DNA of 64,000 nt from Opitutia bacterium (GCA_003569245.1 BGOM01000016.1:28689-92688); one strand, 5' to 3'; shown: positions 28,375 through 36,803, counted from the stretch's first letter. Program-made: numbers and translations. The notes: a model not told the origin generated them from the letters alone.

Positions 28375-28773
28375 ATGTCCGCTTCCACTGACACCATCGG
28401 GGATTTCCTCACCGCCGTCCGCAACGCGTCCCAGGCCACCAAGCCGACCGTGACCGTGCAATGGTCCCGCCTCCGCGAGGGCGTCGCCCGCATCCTCGCC
28501 GAGTCCGGCTACGTCGCCGGCTTCCGCAAGTCCGAGCGCGACGGTCTCCCGACCCTCGAGATCACCCTCAAGTACGTCGCCGGCGTCCCCTCGATCACCA
28601 GCATCGAGCGCGTCTCCACCCCCGGCCGCCGCGTCTACGCCGGCTACGCCTCCGTCCCCAAGGTCATCGGCGGCATGGGCGTCTCCATCCTCACCACCTC
28701 GCGGGGCGTCATGACCGACGCCGAAGCCCGTCGCCAGAAGGTCGGCGGCGAGCTCCTCGCGAAGGTCTGGTAA
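28375..28773 (+). CDS. rpsH: 30S ribosomal protein S8
   Basis: 132 aa: TDTIGDFLTAVRNA...ILTTSRGVMTD.EAR...VGGELL..VW. Confidence 0.96.
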   Translation: MSASTDTIGDFLTAVRNASQATKPTVTVQWSRLREGVARILAESGYVAGFRKSERDGLPTLEITLKYVAGVPSITSIERVSTPGRRVYAGYASVPKVIGGMGVSILTTSRGVMTDAEARRQKVGGELLAKVW

Positions 28774-28797
28774 CCCACCCAACCCCTTAGCACCGTC

Positions 28798-29358
28798 ATG
28801 AGCCGAATTGGTAAGCAGCCCGTCACTATTCCCGCCGGAGTCAAAGTCGCCGTCGCCGGCAACGTCGTCTCCGTCGAAGGACCCAAGGGCAAACTCTCGA
28901 AGCCTTTCCCGAAGGAAATCGGCGTCACCGTTGCCAACAACGTCGTGAACGTCGCCGACCTCACGGTCAAGAAGGGCAAGGATGGCAAGGAAGTCGGCAC
29001 CGCCGGCGCCCTCCACGGCACGATCCGCGCCATCATCCGCAACATGGTCGAAGGCGTCGCCACCGGCTACACCAAGACCCTCCTGATCGAAGGCGTCGGC
29101 TTCAAGGCCATCCTCAAGGGCAAGGTCCTCGACCTCGCCCTGGGTTACTCGCACCCGATCCAGTACACCATCCCCGAGGGCGTGAACGTCGTCGTCACCG
29201 ACGGCACCAAGCTCGTCATCACCGGCGCCGACCGCCACATGGTCGGCCAGGTCGCCTCCTCCATCAAGCTCTACAAGCCGGTCGAGCCTTACAAGGGCAA
29301 GGGCGTCCGCGTCGAAGGCGAATACGTCCGCCGCAAGGAGGGCAAGAAGACGGCCTAA
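28798..29358 (+). CDS. rplF: 50S ribosomal protein L6
   Basis: 186 aa: MSRIGKQPVTIPAGV.V...G..V.V.GPKG.L. Confidence 0.96.
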   Translation: MSRIGKQPVTIPAGVKVAVAGNVVSVEGPKGKLSKPFPKEIGVTVANNVVNVADLTVKKGKDGKEVGTAGALHGTIRAIIRNMVEGVATGYTKTLLIEGVGFKAILKGKVLDLALGYSHPIQYTIPEGVNVVVTDGTKLVITGADRHMVGQVASSIKLYKPVEPYKGKGVRVEGEYVRRKEGKKTA

Positions 29359-29378
29359 CCGCCTCGCGCATCCATTCC

Positions 29379-29741
29379 ATGAAACTGCAGAAGAAGAATC
29401 TCCTGGCGCAGAAGCGCCGCTGGCGCATCCGCAAGACGGTCCGCGGCACCGCCGCCCGTCCCCGCGTCGCCCTCAAGCTCACGCACCTCCACCTCTACGC
29501 GCAGGCCATCGACGACGACAAGGGCGTGACCCTCGTCTCCCTCGCCACCACCTCCAAGGACCTCCGCGGCAAGAAGATCCGCCCGAACATCGCCGGCGCC
29601 ATCGCCTTCGGCGAAGCCTTCGGCGCCAAGGCCAAGGCCGCGGGTCTCACCACCGTCGTGTTCGACCGCGCCGGCCGCCGTTACCACGGCACCGTCAAGT
29701 CGTTCGCCGAAGCCGCCCGCAAAGGTGGCCTGACCTTCTGA
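29379..29741 (+). CDS. rplR: 50S ribosomal protein L18
   Basis: 120 aa: ...RPR..L..T..H.YAQ.IDD..G.TL...FDR.G..YHG.VK.FAEAAR.GGL.F. Confidence 0.95.
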   Translation: MKLQKKNLLAQKRRWRIRKTVRGTAARPRVALKLTHLHLYAQAIDDDKGVTLVSLATTSKDLRGKKIRPNIAGAIAFGEAFGAKAKAAGLTTVVFDRAGRRYHGTVKSFAEAARKGGLTF

Positions 29742-29745
29742 TTTC

Positions 29746-30381
29746 ATGAGCGAAGCTACCAACAACGCCGCGGCCTCCGCCGCTCCTGCCGCCCCCTCCT
29801 CCGGCGCCCCCGGCCGTTCCGGCCCCGGCGGCGATCGCCGTGGTCCCGGCGGCCCCCGTGGTCCCGGCCGCTCCGGCCCGGGCGGTCCCCGCGGTCCGCG
29901 CCGCGACAACCGCAACGACGGTCCCGCTTCCGAGTACAACGACAAGGTCGTCCACATCAACCGCTGCTCGAAGGTCGTCAAGGGCGGCCGCCGCTTCAAC
30001 TTCGCCGCGCTCGTCGTGGCCGGTGACGGCAAGGGTCGCGTCGGCGTCGGTTACGGCAAGGCCAAGGAAGTGCCCGATGCGATCCGCAAGGGCACCGACC
30101 GCGCCCACCGCGCCCTCGTCCGCGTCAATCTCCGCGGCAACACCATCCCGCACGAGGTCGTCGGCCACGCCGACGGCGGCGTCGTGATGCTGCGCCCGGC
30201 CGCTCCCGGTACCGGTCTCATCGCCGGCGGCGGCGTCCGCGCGGTCCTCGAGGTCGCCGGTTACAAGGACGTCCTCTCGAAGTCCATGGGTTCCAACAAC
30301 CCCCAGGCCATCGTGAAGGCGACCCTCGACGGTCTCGCCAAGCTCCGCACCCTCGAACAAATCAAGAACCTCCGCGCCTAA
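29746..30381 (+). CDS. rpsE: 30S ribosomal protein S5 with a ~60-aa Gly/Pro/Arg-rich N-terminal extension
   Basis: 211 aa. The core '[47 protein letters not shown]' is canonical. It is preceded by ...[37 protein letters not shown]. Confidence 0.95.
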   Translation: MSEATNNAAASAAPAAPSSGAPGRSGPGGDRRGPGGPRGPGRSGPGGPRGPRRDNRNDGPASEYNDKVVHINRCSKVVKGGRRFNFAALVVAGDGKGRVGVGYGKAKEVPDAIRKGTDRAHRALVRVNLRGNTIPHEVVGHADGGVVMLRPAAPGTGLIAGGGVRAVLEVAGYKDVLSKSMGSNNPQAIVKATLDGLAKLRTLEQIKNLRA

Positions 30382-30396
30382 GCGGAAACCAAGCCC

Positions 30397-30855
30397 ATGA
30401 AACTCCACTCGCTGCCCGCCATCAAGGGCTCCACTCATCGTCACAAGGTCCTCGGTCGCGGTCGCGGCACGGGCCACGGCAAGACCTCCGGTCGCGGCCA
30501 CAAGGGTATGAAGGCCCGCTCCGGCGGCGGTCATCGCCCCGGCTTCGAAGGCGGCCAGATGCCCCTCTACCGCCGGCTCCCGCACCGCGGCTTCAAGAAC
30601 GTCAACCGCGTCGACTACGCCGTGATCAATCTCCGCGACCTCGAGGACCTCAAGGGCGCCGCCATCGGCCTCGCCGAGCTCCGCGCCGCGGGCATCCTCC
30701 GCGCCAACGCTCCCTTGCTCAAGGTCCTCGGCACCGGTGAGATCACCCGCGCCGTCACCGTCTCCGCCCACCGTTTCTCCGACGCCGCCAAGGCGAAGAT
30801 CGAGAAGGCCGGCGGCAAGGCGATCCTGCTCAAGGCGGCCACCGCCGCCGAGTGA
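30397..30855 (+). CDS. rplO: 50S ribosomal protein L15
   Basis: 152 aa: MKLHSL....GS...KVLGRGRGTGHGKTSGRGHKG.KARSGG. Confidence 0.96.
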   Translation: MKLHSLPAIKGSTHRHKVLGRGRGTGHGKTSGRGHKGMKARSGGGHRPGFEGGQMPLYRRLPHRGFKNVNRVDYAVINLRDLEDLKGAAIGLAELRAAGILRANAPLLKVLGTGEITRAVTVSAHRFSDAAKAKIEKAGGKAILLKAATAAE

Positions 30856-30877
30856 GCCGCGGCTCACCCCCGTCCTG

Positions 30878-32404
30878 ATGTTCTCGGCCTTCGCCAACTG
30901 CTGGAGGATCCCCGAGCTCCGCGCCCGGCTGATCGCCACGGTCGCCCTGGTGTTCGTCGCCCGCATCGGCGCGAACATCCCGCTCCCCGGCATCGACCCC
31001 AAGGACATCATGGAGTACTATCACTCCATGGCCGACAACGCCTCGGGGGGCGTCGTCGCGATGTACAACATGTTCACGGGCGGCGCGCTCCTCAAGGGCG
31101 CGGTCTTCTCGCTGGGCATCATGCCCTACATCAGCGCCTCGATCATCATGCAGCTGGCCTCGGCGGTCGTCCCGTCGATCGCCCGCCTGCAGCAGGAGGG
31201 CGAGGTCGGCCGCCAGAAGGTCGCCCAGTATTCCCGCTACCTGACCATCATCATCGCGATCGTCCAGTCCGCCCTGCTGCTCGGCGCCTTCTGCAACCCG
31301 CAGCAGGTCGGCCAGGCGCTCGGCCTCGGTAATTTCCAGGGCACCATCGTGGTGATGGAGAACAAGACCCTCTTCGTCCTCCTCGGCGTCTGCCTGCTCA
31401 CCTCCGGCGCCATCGTCATGCTCTGGCTCGGCGAGCAGATCACCCAGCGCGGCATCGGCAACGGCACCTCCATCCTCATCACCGTCGGCATCCTGGCCGA
31501 CATCCCCGGGGCCGTGACCTCGTTCGTCACCGTCGCCTTCGGCGGCAAGGTCGGCGCCGCCACCGCCTCCGCCCACGGCTGGGAGAAGGCCGCCGGCATG
31601 ATCATCCTCTTCGTCCTCGTGACCGCGGCCATGGTCGCCATCAACCAGGCCGTCCGCAAGATCCCGATCCAGTACGCCCAGCGCATGGTCGGCAAGAAGA
31701 TGGTCGCCGCCCAGACGAACTACCTGCCCCTCAAGGTCAACTACGCCGGCGTCATGCCCGTGATCTTCGCCGGCGCGATCATGAGCTTCCCGCCGATGCT
31801 GCTGCGTCCGCTCAGCGGCCTGTCCCCGCAGCTCGCCTTCCTCGCCGAGTGGGCCGACGTCTTCAACCGGAGCAACTGGTTCTATTACACGGTCTACGCC
31901 GTCCTCATCTTCGGCTTCAGCTACTTCTGGATCTCCATCATGTTCCGCCCGGTGCAGATCGCCGACGACCTGAAGAAGAACAACGGCTACATCCTCGGCG
32001 TCCGCCCCGGCCAGCACACCGCCGAGTTCCTGGATTTCGTGATGACGCGCCTGACCCTCGCGGGCTCGCTCTTCCTGCTCATCATCGCGCTGATGCCGGA
32101 CCTCTTCATCCTCCAGCTCAGTTTCCCGCAGCGCCTCGCGACCTTCCTCGGCGGCACCGGCGGCCTGATCACCGTCGGCGTGATGCTGGACACCATGCGC
32201 CAGATCGAGACCTACCTCCTGCAGCGCAACTACGAAGGTTTCCTGAAGAAGGGCCGCATCGGGGGCGTCCCCGTCCCGGCCCCCGGCCTGCGCAACGAAG
32301 GCGACGCGGCCGTCCTCGGCTCGCTCGAGCGCACCTGCCTGCTGCTGTTCATCCTCGGCGTCGCCGCCTGGGTCGTGAACCATTTCGTCTGGGCCGCCCG
32401 CTGA
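30878..32404 (+). CDS. secY: Preprotein translocase subunit SecY (508 aa, with a ~45-aa C-terminal extension containing an extra hydrophobic segment)
   Basis: Start moved to ATG 30878 (MFSAFANCWRIPELRARL...ARIGANIPLPGID). 'GIMPYISASIIMQL' and '...LLQRNYEGFLKKGRI' mark the canonical end, followed by GGVPVPAPGLRNEGDAAVLGSLERTCLLLFILGVAAWVVNHFVWAAR. Confidence 0.95.
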   Translation: MFSAFANCWRIPELRARLIATVALVFVARIGANIPLPGIDPKDIMEYYHSMADNASGGVVAMYNMFTGGALLKGAVFSLGIMPYISASIIMQLASAVVPSIARLQQEGEVGRQKVAQYSRYLTIIIAIVQSALLLGAFCNPQQVGQALGLGNFQGTIVVMENKTLFVLLGVCLLTSGAIVMLWLGEQITQRGIGNGTSILITVGILADIPGAVTSFVTVAFGGKVGAATASAHGWEKAAGMIILFVLVTAAMVAINQAVRKIPIQYAQRMVGKKMVAAQTNYLPLKVNYAGVMPVIFAGAIMSFPPMLLRPLSGLSPQLAFLAEWADVFNRSNWFYYTVYAVLIFGFSYFWISIMFRPVQIADDLKKNNGYILGVRPGQHTAEFLDFVMTRLTLAGSLFLLIIALMPDLFILQLSFPQRLATFLGGTGGLITVGVMLDTMRQIETYLLQRNYEGFLKKGRIGGVPVPAPGLRNEGDAAVLGSLERTCLLLFILGVAAWVVNHFVWAAR

Positions 32405-32414
32405 GTCTCGTCGG

Positions 32415-33176
32415 ATGATCGACCTGAAGTCGCCGGATGAAGTCAGCCGCATGCGGTCGGCCTGCGTGGCCGCCGCCCGCGTCCTGCAGGACCTCGCCGG
32501 TCTGGTCGTCCCCGGGGTCTCCACCGCCGGCCTTGACGCCGCCGCCCGCGGCCTCATGGCCCGCCATGGCTGCGAGAGCGCCTGCCACGGCTACGTCGTC
32601 GGCCGGCTGACCTACCCGGGCTACATCTGCATCTCCCTGAACGACGAGGTCGTCCATGGGATCGGCGCCCCCGACCGGATCGTCCGGGAGGGTGACCTGG
32701 TCTCGCTGGACGTCGTCGTCCGCCGCGATGGCTATATCGGGGACAACGCCCGGACCGTCATGGTCGGCAAGGTGGCCCCTGAGGCCCGTCAGCTTTGCCT
32801 CGACACCGAGCAGGCCCTCCATGCCGGCATCGCCTCGATCCGCCCGGGCAGCAGGGTAGGGGACCTCTCGGCCGCCATCCAGGCAGCCTTGGCTCCCGGA
32901 GGCTATGGCATCGTCCGGGACTTTGTCGGCCACGGCGTCGGGCGCAAAATGCACGAAGAGCCCCAGATTCCCAATTACGGTAAGGCTGGAACCGGACCTA
33001 AGTTACTGCCTGGCATGGCTTTGGCTATCGAGCCCATGGTGAACCTGGGCACCCACAAGATCGTCATGGCCGCCGATGGTTGGACCGCCCGGACGGCCGA
33101 CGGTAAGGTTTCAGCTCACTTCGAACACACGGTCTTGGTCACCGAAACCGGGGTCGAAATCCTGACCCTGCCTTAA
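32415..33176 (+). CDS. map: Type I methionine aminopeptidase
   Basis: 253 aa: 'CHGYVV', 'GDLVSLDV', '[18 protein letters not shown]', 'LAIEPM', 'HFEHTVLVT' are the metal-ligand motifs. Confidence 0.95.
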   Translation: MIDLKSPDEVSRMRSACVAAARVLQDLAGLVVPGVSTAGLDAAARGLMARHGCESACHGYVVGRLTYPGYICISLNDEVVHGIGAPDRIVREGDLVSLDVVVRRDGYIGDNARTVMVGKVAPEARQLCLDTEQALHAGIASIRPGSRVGDLSAAIQAALAPGGYGIVRDFVGHGVGRKMHEEPQIPNYGKAGTGPKLLPGMALAIEPMVNLGTHKIVMAADGWTARTADGKVSAHFEHTVLVTETGVEILTLP

Positions 33177-33256
33177 CCCCGCATTTTTTGCTTTCCAATC
33201 CCCTCAGAACCTTCAAGTTCCGACCTCTTTCCCACCTTCCAAACAGCACGGACACC

Positions 33257-33637
33257 ATGCCTCGAATCCTCGGCGTAGACATTCCCAACAACAAGAAAGT
33301 AGAGATCTCCCTCCGCTACATCTACGGTATCGGCCCCCGCCGGGCCACCGAGATCTGCGAGGCCCTCGGCTTCGATCCCGCCATGCGGGCGCAGAACCTC
33401 TCCGAGGAGCAGCTCAACAAGATCGTCGAGTACATCGTGCGCATGGGCTACAAGTGCGAGGGTGACCTCCGCCGCGACATCGCCCAGAACCTGAAGCGCC
33501 TCCAGGCGATCAAGTGCTACCGCGGTCTCCGCCACTTCCGCGGCCTCCCGGTCCGCGGCCAGCGCACGCGCACCAACGCCCGTACCCGCAAGGGCAAGCG
33601 CAAGACCGTCGGCGTCGCCGCGGCCCCGTCGAAGTAA
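33257..33637 (+). CDS. rpsM: 30S ribosomal protein S13
   Basis: Start moved to ATG 33257: [26 protein letters not shown]. Confidence 0.96.
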   Translation: MPRILGVDIPNNKKVEISLRYIYGIGPRRATEICEALGFDPAMRAQNLSEEQLNKIVEYIVRMGYKCEGDLRRDIAQNLKRLQAIKCYRGLRHFRGLPVRGQRTRTNARTRKGKRKTVGVAAAPSK

Positions 33638-33667
33638 TCGTTTTCCCCCTACCAAACTAATTTCATC

Positions 33668-34222
33668 ATGAGCGAAGAAGCCCCCAAGCCCGCCAAGGCC
33701 AAGAAGCCGAAGGCCCCCGCCGCCGAAGGCGCCGCCCCGGCCCCCGCCGCGGAAGCCGTCGCCACCCCGGTGGCCGCCGAAGGCGCCGCCCCGGAGCGCA
33801 AGGAGATCACCGCGAAGGAACTGCTCGGCGAGGACGTCGGCGAGATCAAGGTCCGTCGCGCGAAGGGCTCCAAGAACATCACCGTCGGCATCTGCCACGT
33901 GCTCGCCACCTTCAACAACACCAAGGTCACCATCACGGACGCCAACGGCAACGTGATCTCCTGGGGCAGCGCCGGCCGCCACCAGTTCCGCGGTTCCCGC
34001 AAGTCCACCGCCTACGCCGCCCAGGTCGTCTGCCAGGAAGCCGCGAAACAGGCGATGGCCCACGGCCTCAAGGATGTCTCCGTCCGCGTCAAGGGTCCGG
34101 GCATGGGCCGTGACAGCGCCATCCGCGCCCTCCAGGTGCTCGGCCTGAACGTCACCTCGATCCTCGACACGACCCCGATCCCGCACAACGGCTGCCGCCC
34201 GCCCAAGCGCCGTCGCGTCTGA
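33668..34222 (+). CDS. rpsK: 30S ribosomal protein S11 with a ~55-aa Ala/Pro/Lys-rich N-terminal extension
   Basis: 184 aa. Core '[30 protein letters not shown]...[13 protein letters not shown]' is preceded by [43 protein letters not shown]. No internal Met lies near the canonical start. Confidence 0.95.
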   Translation: MSEEAPKPAKAKKPKAPAAEGAAPAPAAEAVATPVAAEGAAPERKEITAKELLGEDVGEIKVRRAKGSKNITVGICHVLATFNNTKVTITDANGNVISWGSAGRHQFRGSRKSTAYAAQVVCQEAAKQAMAHGLKDVSVRVKGPGMGRDSAIRALQVLGLNVTSILDTTPIPHNGCRPPKRRRV

Positions 34223-34311
34223 TCGTCCCCCGCTTTCCGCATCACCGTCCGGTTATGGCAACCCGGGCGGGAACTCTCCCTCCGCCACCTCTACCAAAAA
34301 ACTAAAACACC

Positions 34312-34920
34312 ATGTCCCGTTACACCGGTCCCACGACCAAGCTCAACCGCCGCTTCGGCCAGAACATCTTCCCGACCTCCAAGGGCGAGGAACGCCGTCC
34401 GTACCCCCCGGGTATCCACGGCAAGACGACCCGCCGCAAGGTCTCCGAATACGGCGTCGGCCTCAACGAGAAGCAGAAGCTCCGCATGATGTACGGCATG
34501 ACCGAGAAGCAGTTCCGCCTCGCCTTCGCCCGCGCCAAGCGGATGGGCGGCGTCGCCGGTGACAACTTCCTCCGCATCCTCGAGACGCGCCTCGACAACG
34601 TCGTGTTCCGCCTCGGCTTCGCCAATTCCCGCTCCGCCGCCCGCCAGCTCGTCTCGCACGGCCACATCCGCGTCAACGGCCGCAAGGTCGACGTCCCCAG
34701 CTTCGCCGTCTCCCCGGGCGACGAGCTCGAGGTCCGGGACCGCACCTCCTCCAAGCAGCTCGCCACCCGCGCCATCGAGGAAGGCCAGGGCCGCGCCGCC
34801 CCCGCCTGGCTCGTGGTCCTCGCCGACGCCCTCAAGGGCCAGATGGTCCGCGAACCCGCCAAGGAAGAACTTCCGTCGGACATCAACGTCCAGATCATCG
34901 TCGAATTCTACAGCCGCTGA
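34312..34920 (+). CDS. rpsD: 30S ribosomal protein S4
   Basis: 202 aa: MSRYTGP..KL.RR.G...YG..L.EKQKLR..YG..EKQFR..F...RLDNVVFRLGFA.SR..ARQLVSHGHI.VNG.KV. Confidence 0.96.
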   Translation: MSRYTGPTTKLNRRFGQNIFPTSKGEERRPYPPGIHGKTTRRKVSEYGVGLNEKQKLRMMYGMTEKQFRLAFARAKRMGGVAGDNFLRILETRLDNVVFRLGFANSRSAARQLVSHGHIRVNGRKVDVPSFAVSPGDELEVRDRTSSKQLATRAIEEGQGRAAPAWLVVLADALKGQMVREPAKEELPSDINVQIIVEFYSR

Positions 34921-34954
34921 TCCCACCCCCAACCCTCCCTACGGAAACACAGCC

Positions 34955-35971
34955 ATGAGCAAGCGTCTCGGTCAATTCCAGCGTCCCAAGCACCTCAAGA
35001 AGGAGGAGTCCTCCGCGACCCCCACCTACGCCAAGTACACGGCGGAACCCTTCGAGACCGGCTTCGGTCACACCGTCGGCAACTCCCTGCGCCGCATCCT
35101 CCTGAGCTCCATCGAAGGCGCCGCGATCTCCGCGGTGACGATCGAAGGCGTCCAGCACGAGTTCCAGCCGATCGAAGGCGTCGTCGAGGACGTCACCGAG
35201 ATCGTCCTGAACCTCAAGAAGGTGCGCATCCGCACCGAGGCCAACAAGCGCGAGGCCTTCAAGGGGTCCATCGACGTCAACAAGACCGGCGTGATCAAGG
35301 CCTCGGACATCAAGTTCGAGACCAAGGGCGCGACCGTCTCCCTCGTCAACCCCGACCAGATCATCTGCACCCTTGACCGCAAGCGCCGCTTCTTCGCCGA
35401 GCTCGAGGTCACCGTGGGCCGCTCCTGGGCCTCCGCCGAGGAGAACAAGAAGGCCGAGCAGGCCATCGGCTCCATCCCGGTCGACTCCCTCTTCTCCCCG
35501 GTCACCGCGGTGAAGTACTCGGTCGAGAACACCCGCGAAGGCCAGAAGACCGACTACGACAAGCTCGTGCTCGAGGTCACCACCGACGGCCGCATCACCC
35601 CGGACGAGGCCCTCAAGGAAGCGTCCGCCATCCTGCGCCACCACCTCGAGGTCTTCGACACCGTCTCCGCCGACAACGTCGAGTTCGAGAGCGGCCGCTC
35701 CGAGGTCAGCGAGGAGCAGAACCGCCTCCGCAAGCTCCTCAACATGTCCGTGAACGAGATCGAGCTTTCCGTCCGCGCCGCCAACTGCCTCAACAACGCC
35801 AACATCAACACCGTCGGCGAGCTGGCGATGAAGACCGAGCAGGAGATGCTCAAGTACCGCAACTTCGGCAAGAAGTCGCTCAACGAGATCAAGGCCAAGC
35901 TCGAGCAGCTCGGCCTCTCCCTCGGCCAGAAGATCGACGAACGCCTCCTCGACAAGGGCGTCAACGCCTAA
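34955..35971 (+). CDS. rpoA: DNA-directed RNA polymerase subunit alpha
   Basis: Start moved to ATG 34955. 'EPFETGFGHTVGNSLRRILLSSIEGAA' plus a C-terminal domain '...ELSVRAANCLNNANINTVGEL...NFGKKSLNEIK'. Confidence 0.96.
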   Translation: MSKRLGQFQRPKHLKKEESSATPTYAKYTAEPFETGFGHTVGNSLRRILLSSIEGAAISAVTIEGVQHEFQPIEGVVEDVTEIVLNLKKVRIRTEANKREAFKGSIDVNKTGVIKASDIKFETKGATVSLVNPDQIICTLDRKRRFFAELEVTVGRSWASAEENKKAEQAIGSIPVDSLFSPVTAVKYSVENTREGQKTDYDKLVLEVTTDGRITPDEALKEASAILRHHLEVFDTVSADNVEFESGRSEVSEEQNRLRKLLNMSVNEIELSVRAANCLNNANINTVGELAMKTEQEMLKYRNFGKKSLNEIKAKLEQLGLSLGQKIDERLLDKGVNA

Positions 35972-35995
35972 CCCGCCCGCCCCGGACCCACACTC

Positions 35996-36460
35996 ATGCG
36001 CCATCGCTCCCACCATCACGTCCTCGGGGTGAAGACGGCCCACCGCCGCTCCCTGATCGCCAACCTCGCCGCCGCGCTCTTCACGAACGCCCGGATCACC
36101 ACGACGCTCTCCCGCGCCCGGGCCCTGCGTCCCTACGCCGAACGCCTGATCACCTTCGCCAAGAAGGCCGCCCAGTCGTCCGACAAGGCCGTCAAGCTGC
36201 ACTACTACCGCCTGGCGATCGCCAAGCTGCGCGACGAGGACGCCGCCCAGCTGCTCTTCAAGACCCGCGCCCCGGAGTTCCTCGCCCGCAACGGCGGTTA
36301 CACCCGCATCTACAAGCTCGGCGCCCGCAAGGGTGACGCCGCCGAACAGGCGCTCATCGAGCTCGTGGCCAAGGACGACAAGACCCCGGCCATGACCCCG
36401 AAGGCCAAGGCCGCCAAGCAGCCGAAGGCCAAGAAGGAAGCGGCCGCCGCCCAGGCCTGA
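35996..36460 (+). CDS. rplQ: 50S ribosomal protein L17 (Lys/Ala-rich C-terminal tail)
   Basis: 154 aa: MRHRSHHHVLGVKTAHRRSLIANLA..L......ITTT..RA...RPYAE.LIT.AK. Confidence 0.95.
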   Translation: MRHRSHHHVLGVKTAHRRSLIANLAAALFTNARITTTLSRARALRPYAERLITFAKKAAQSSDKAVKLHYYRLAIAKLRDEDAAQLLFKTRAPEFLARNGGYTRIYKLGARKGDAAEQALIELVAKDDKTPAMTPKAKAAKQPKAKKEAAAAQA

Positions 36461-36482
36461 GGCCGACCGGCGAGTCCCCCTC

Positions 36483-36525
36483 CGAGACGCGTTCGCCTGC
36501 CCAGGCGGCGCGTCTCGCCTTTTTA
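36483..36525 (+). terminator. Rho-independent terminator after rplQ
   Basis: Hairpin CGAGACGCG (36483..36491) / CGCGTCTCG (36509..36517) with inner stem CGCCTG/CAGGCG, followed by CCTTTTT. Confidence 0.75.
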
Positions 36526-36544
36526 GCCCCTGCGCGACTTTTCC

Positions 36545-36781
36545 ATGCTCACGACCGTCGAACTGGCCACCTTCCTCGCCTTCGTGGGCGGGCTGGCCGT
36601 CGTCGTGCTGCTCGGGCTGCAGGCCTGGTATGACCGGCGCGACGCGCTCCTGAGCGACCACCGTCGCCTCAATTCGGCCTTTTCCTGCGCCCGTTGCGGG
36701 CTAACCTACGTCCGTCCCCGCCGTCGCGAGGAAGCCACCTGCCCCCGCTGCGCCTGGAACAACGCCCGCCTCAAATTCTGA
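36545..36781 (+). CDS. Small membrane-anchored zinc-ribbon protein (unknown function)
   Basis: 78 aa with an N-terminal TM ([19 protein letters not shown]), then C-x2-C...C-x2-C (CARCG...CPRCAW). Codon third positions are strongly G/C. Confidence 0.5.
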   Translation: MLTTVELATFLAFVGGLAVVVLLGLQAWYDRRDALLSDHRRLNSAFSCARCGLTYVRPRRREEATCPRCAWNNARLKF

Positions 36782-36803
36782 CCCCCCTTTCCCTTTCCTT
36801 CCC

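Noticed and set aside
33177-33256. Looked for infA and rpmJ (L36) between map and rpsM, and for rpmD (L30) between rpsE and rplO
   Set aside because: The gaps are only 80 nt and 15 nt, with no ORF of the required size. The T6 run at 33184..33189, preceded by a weak CGGGG..CCCCG pairing, might be a leaky terminator or operon boundary, but the stem is too poor to call.
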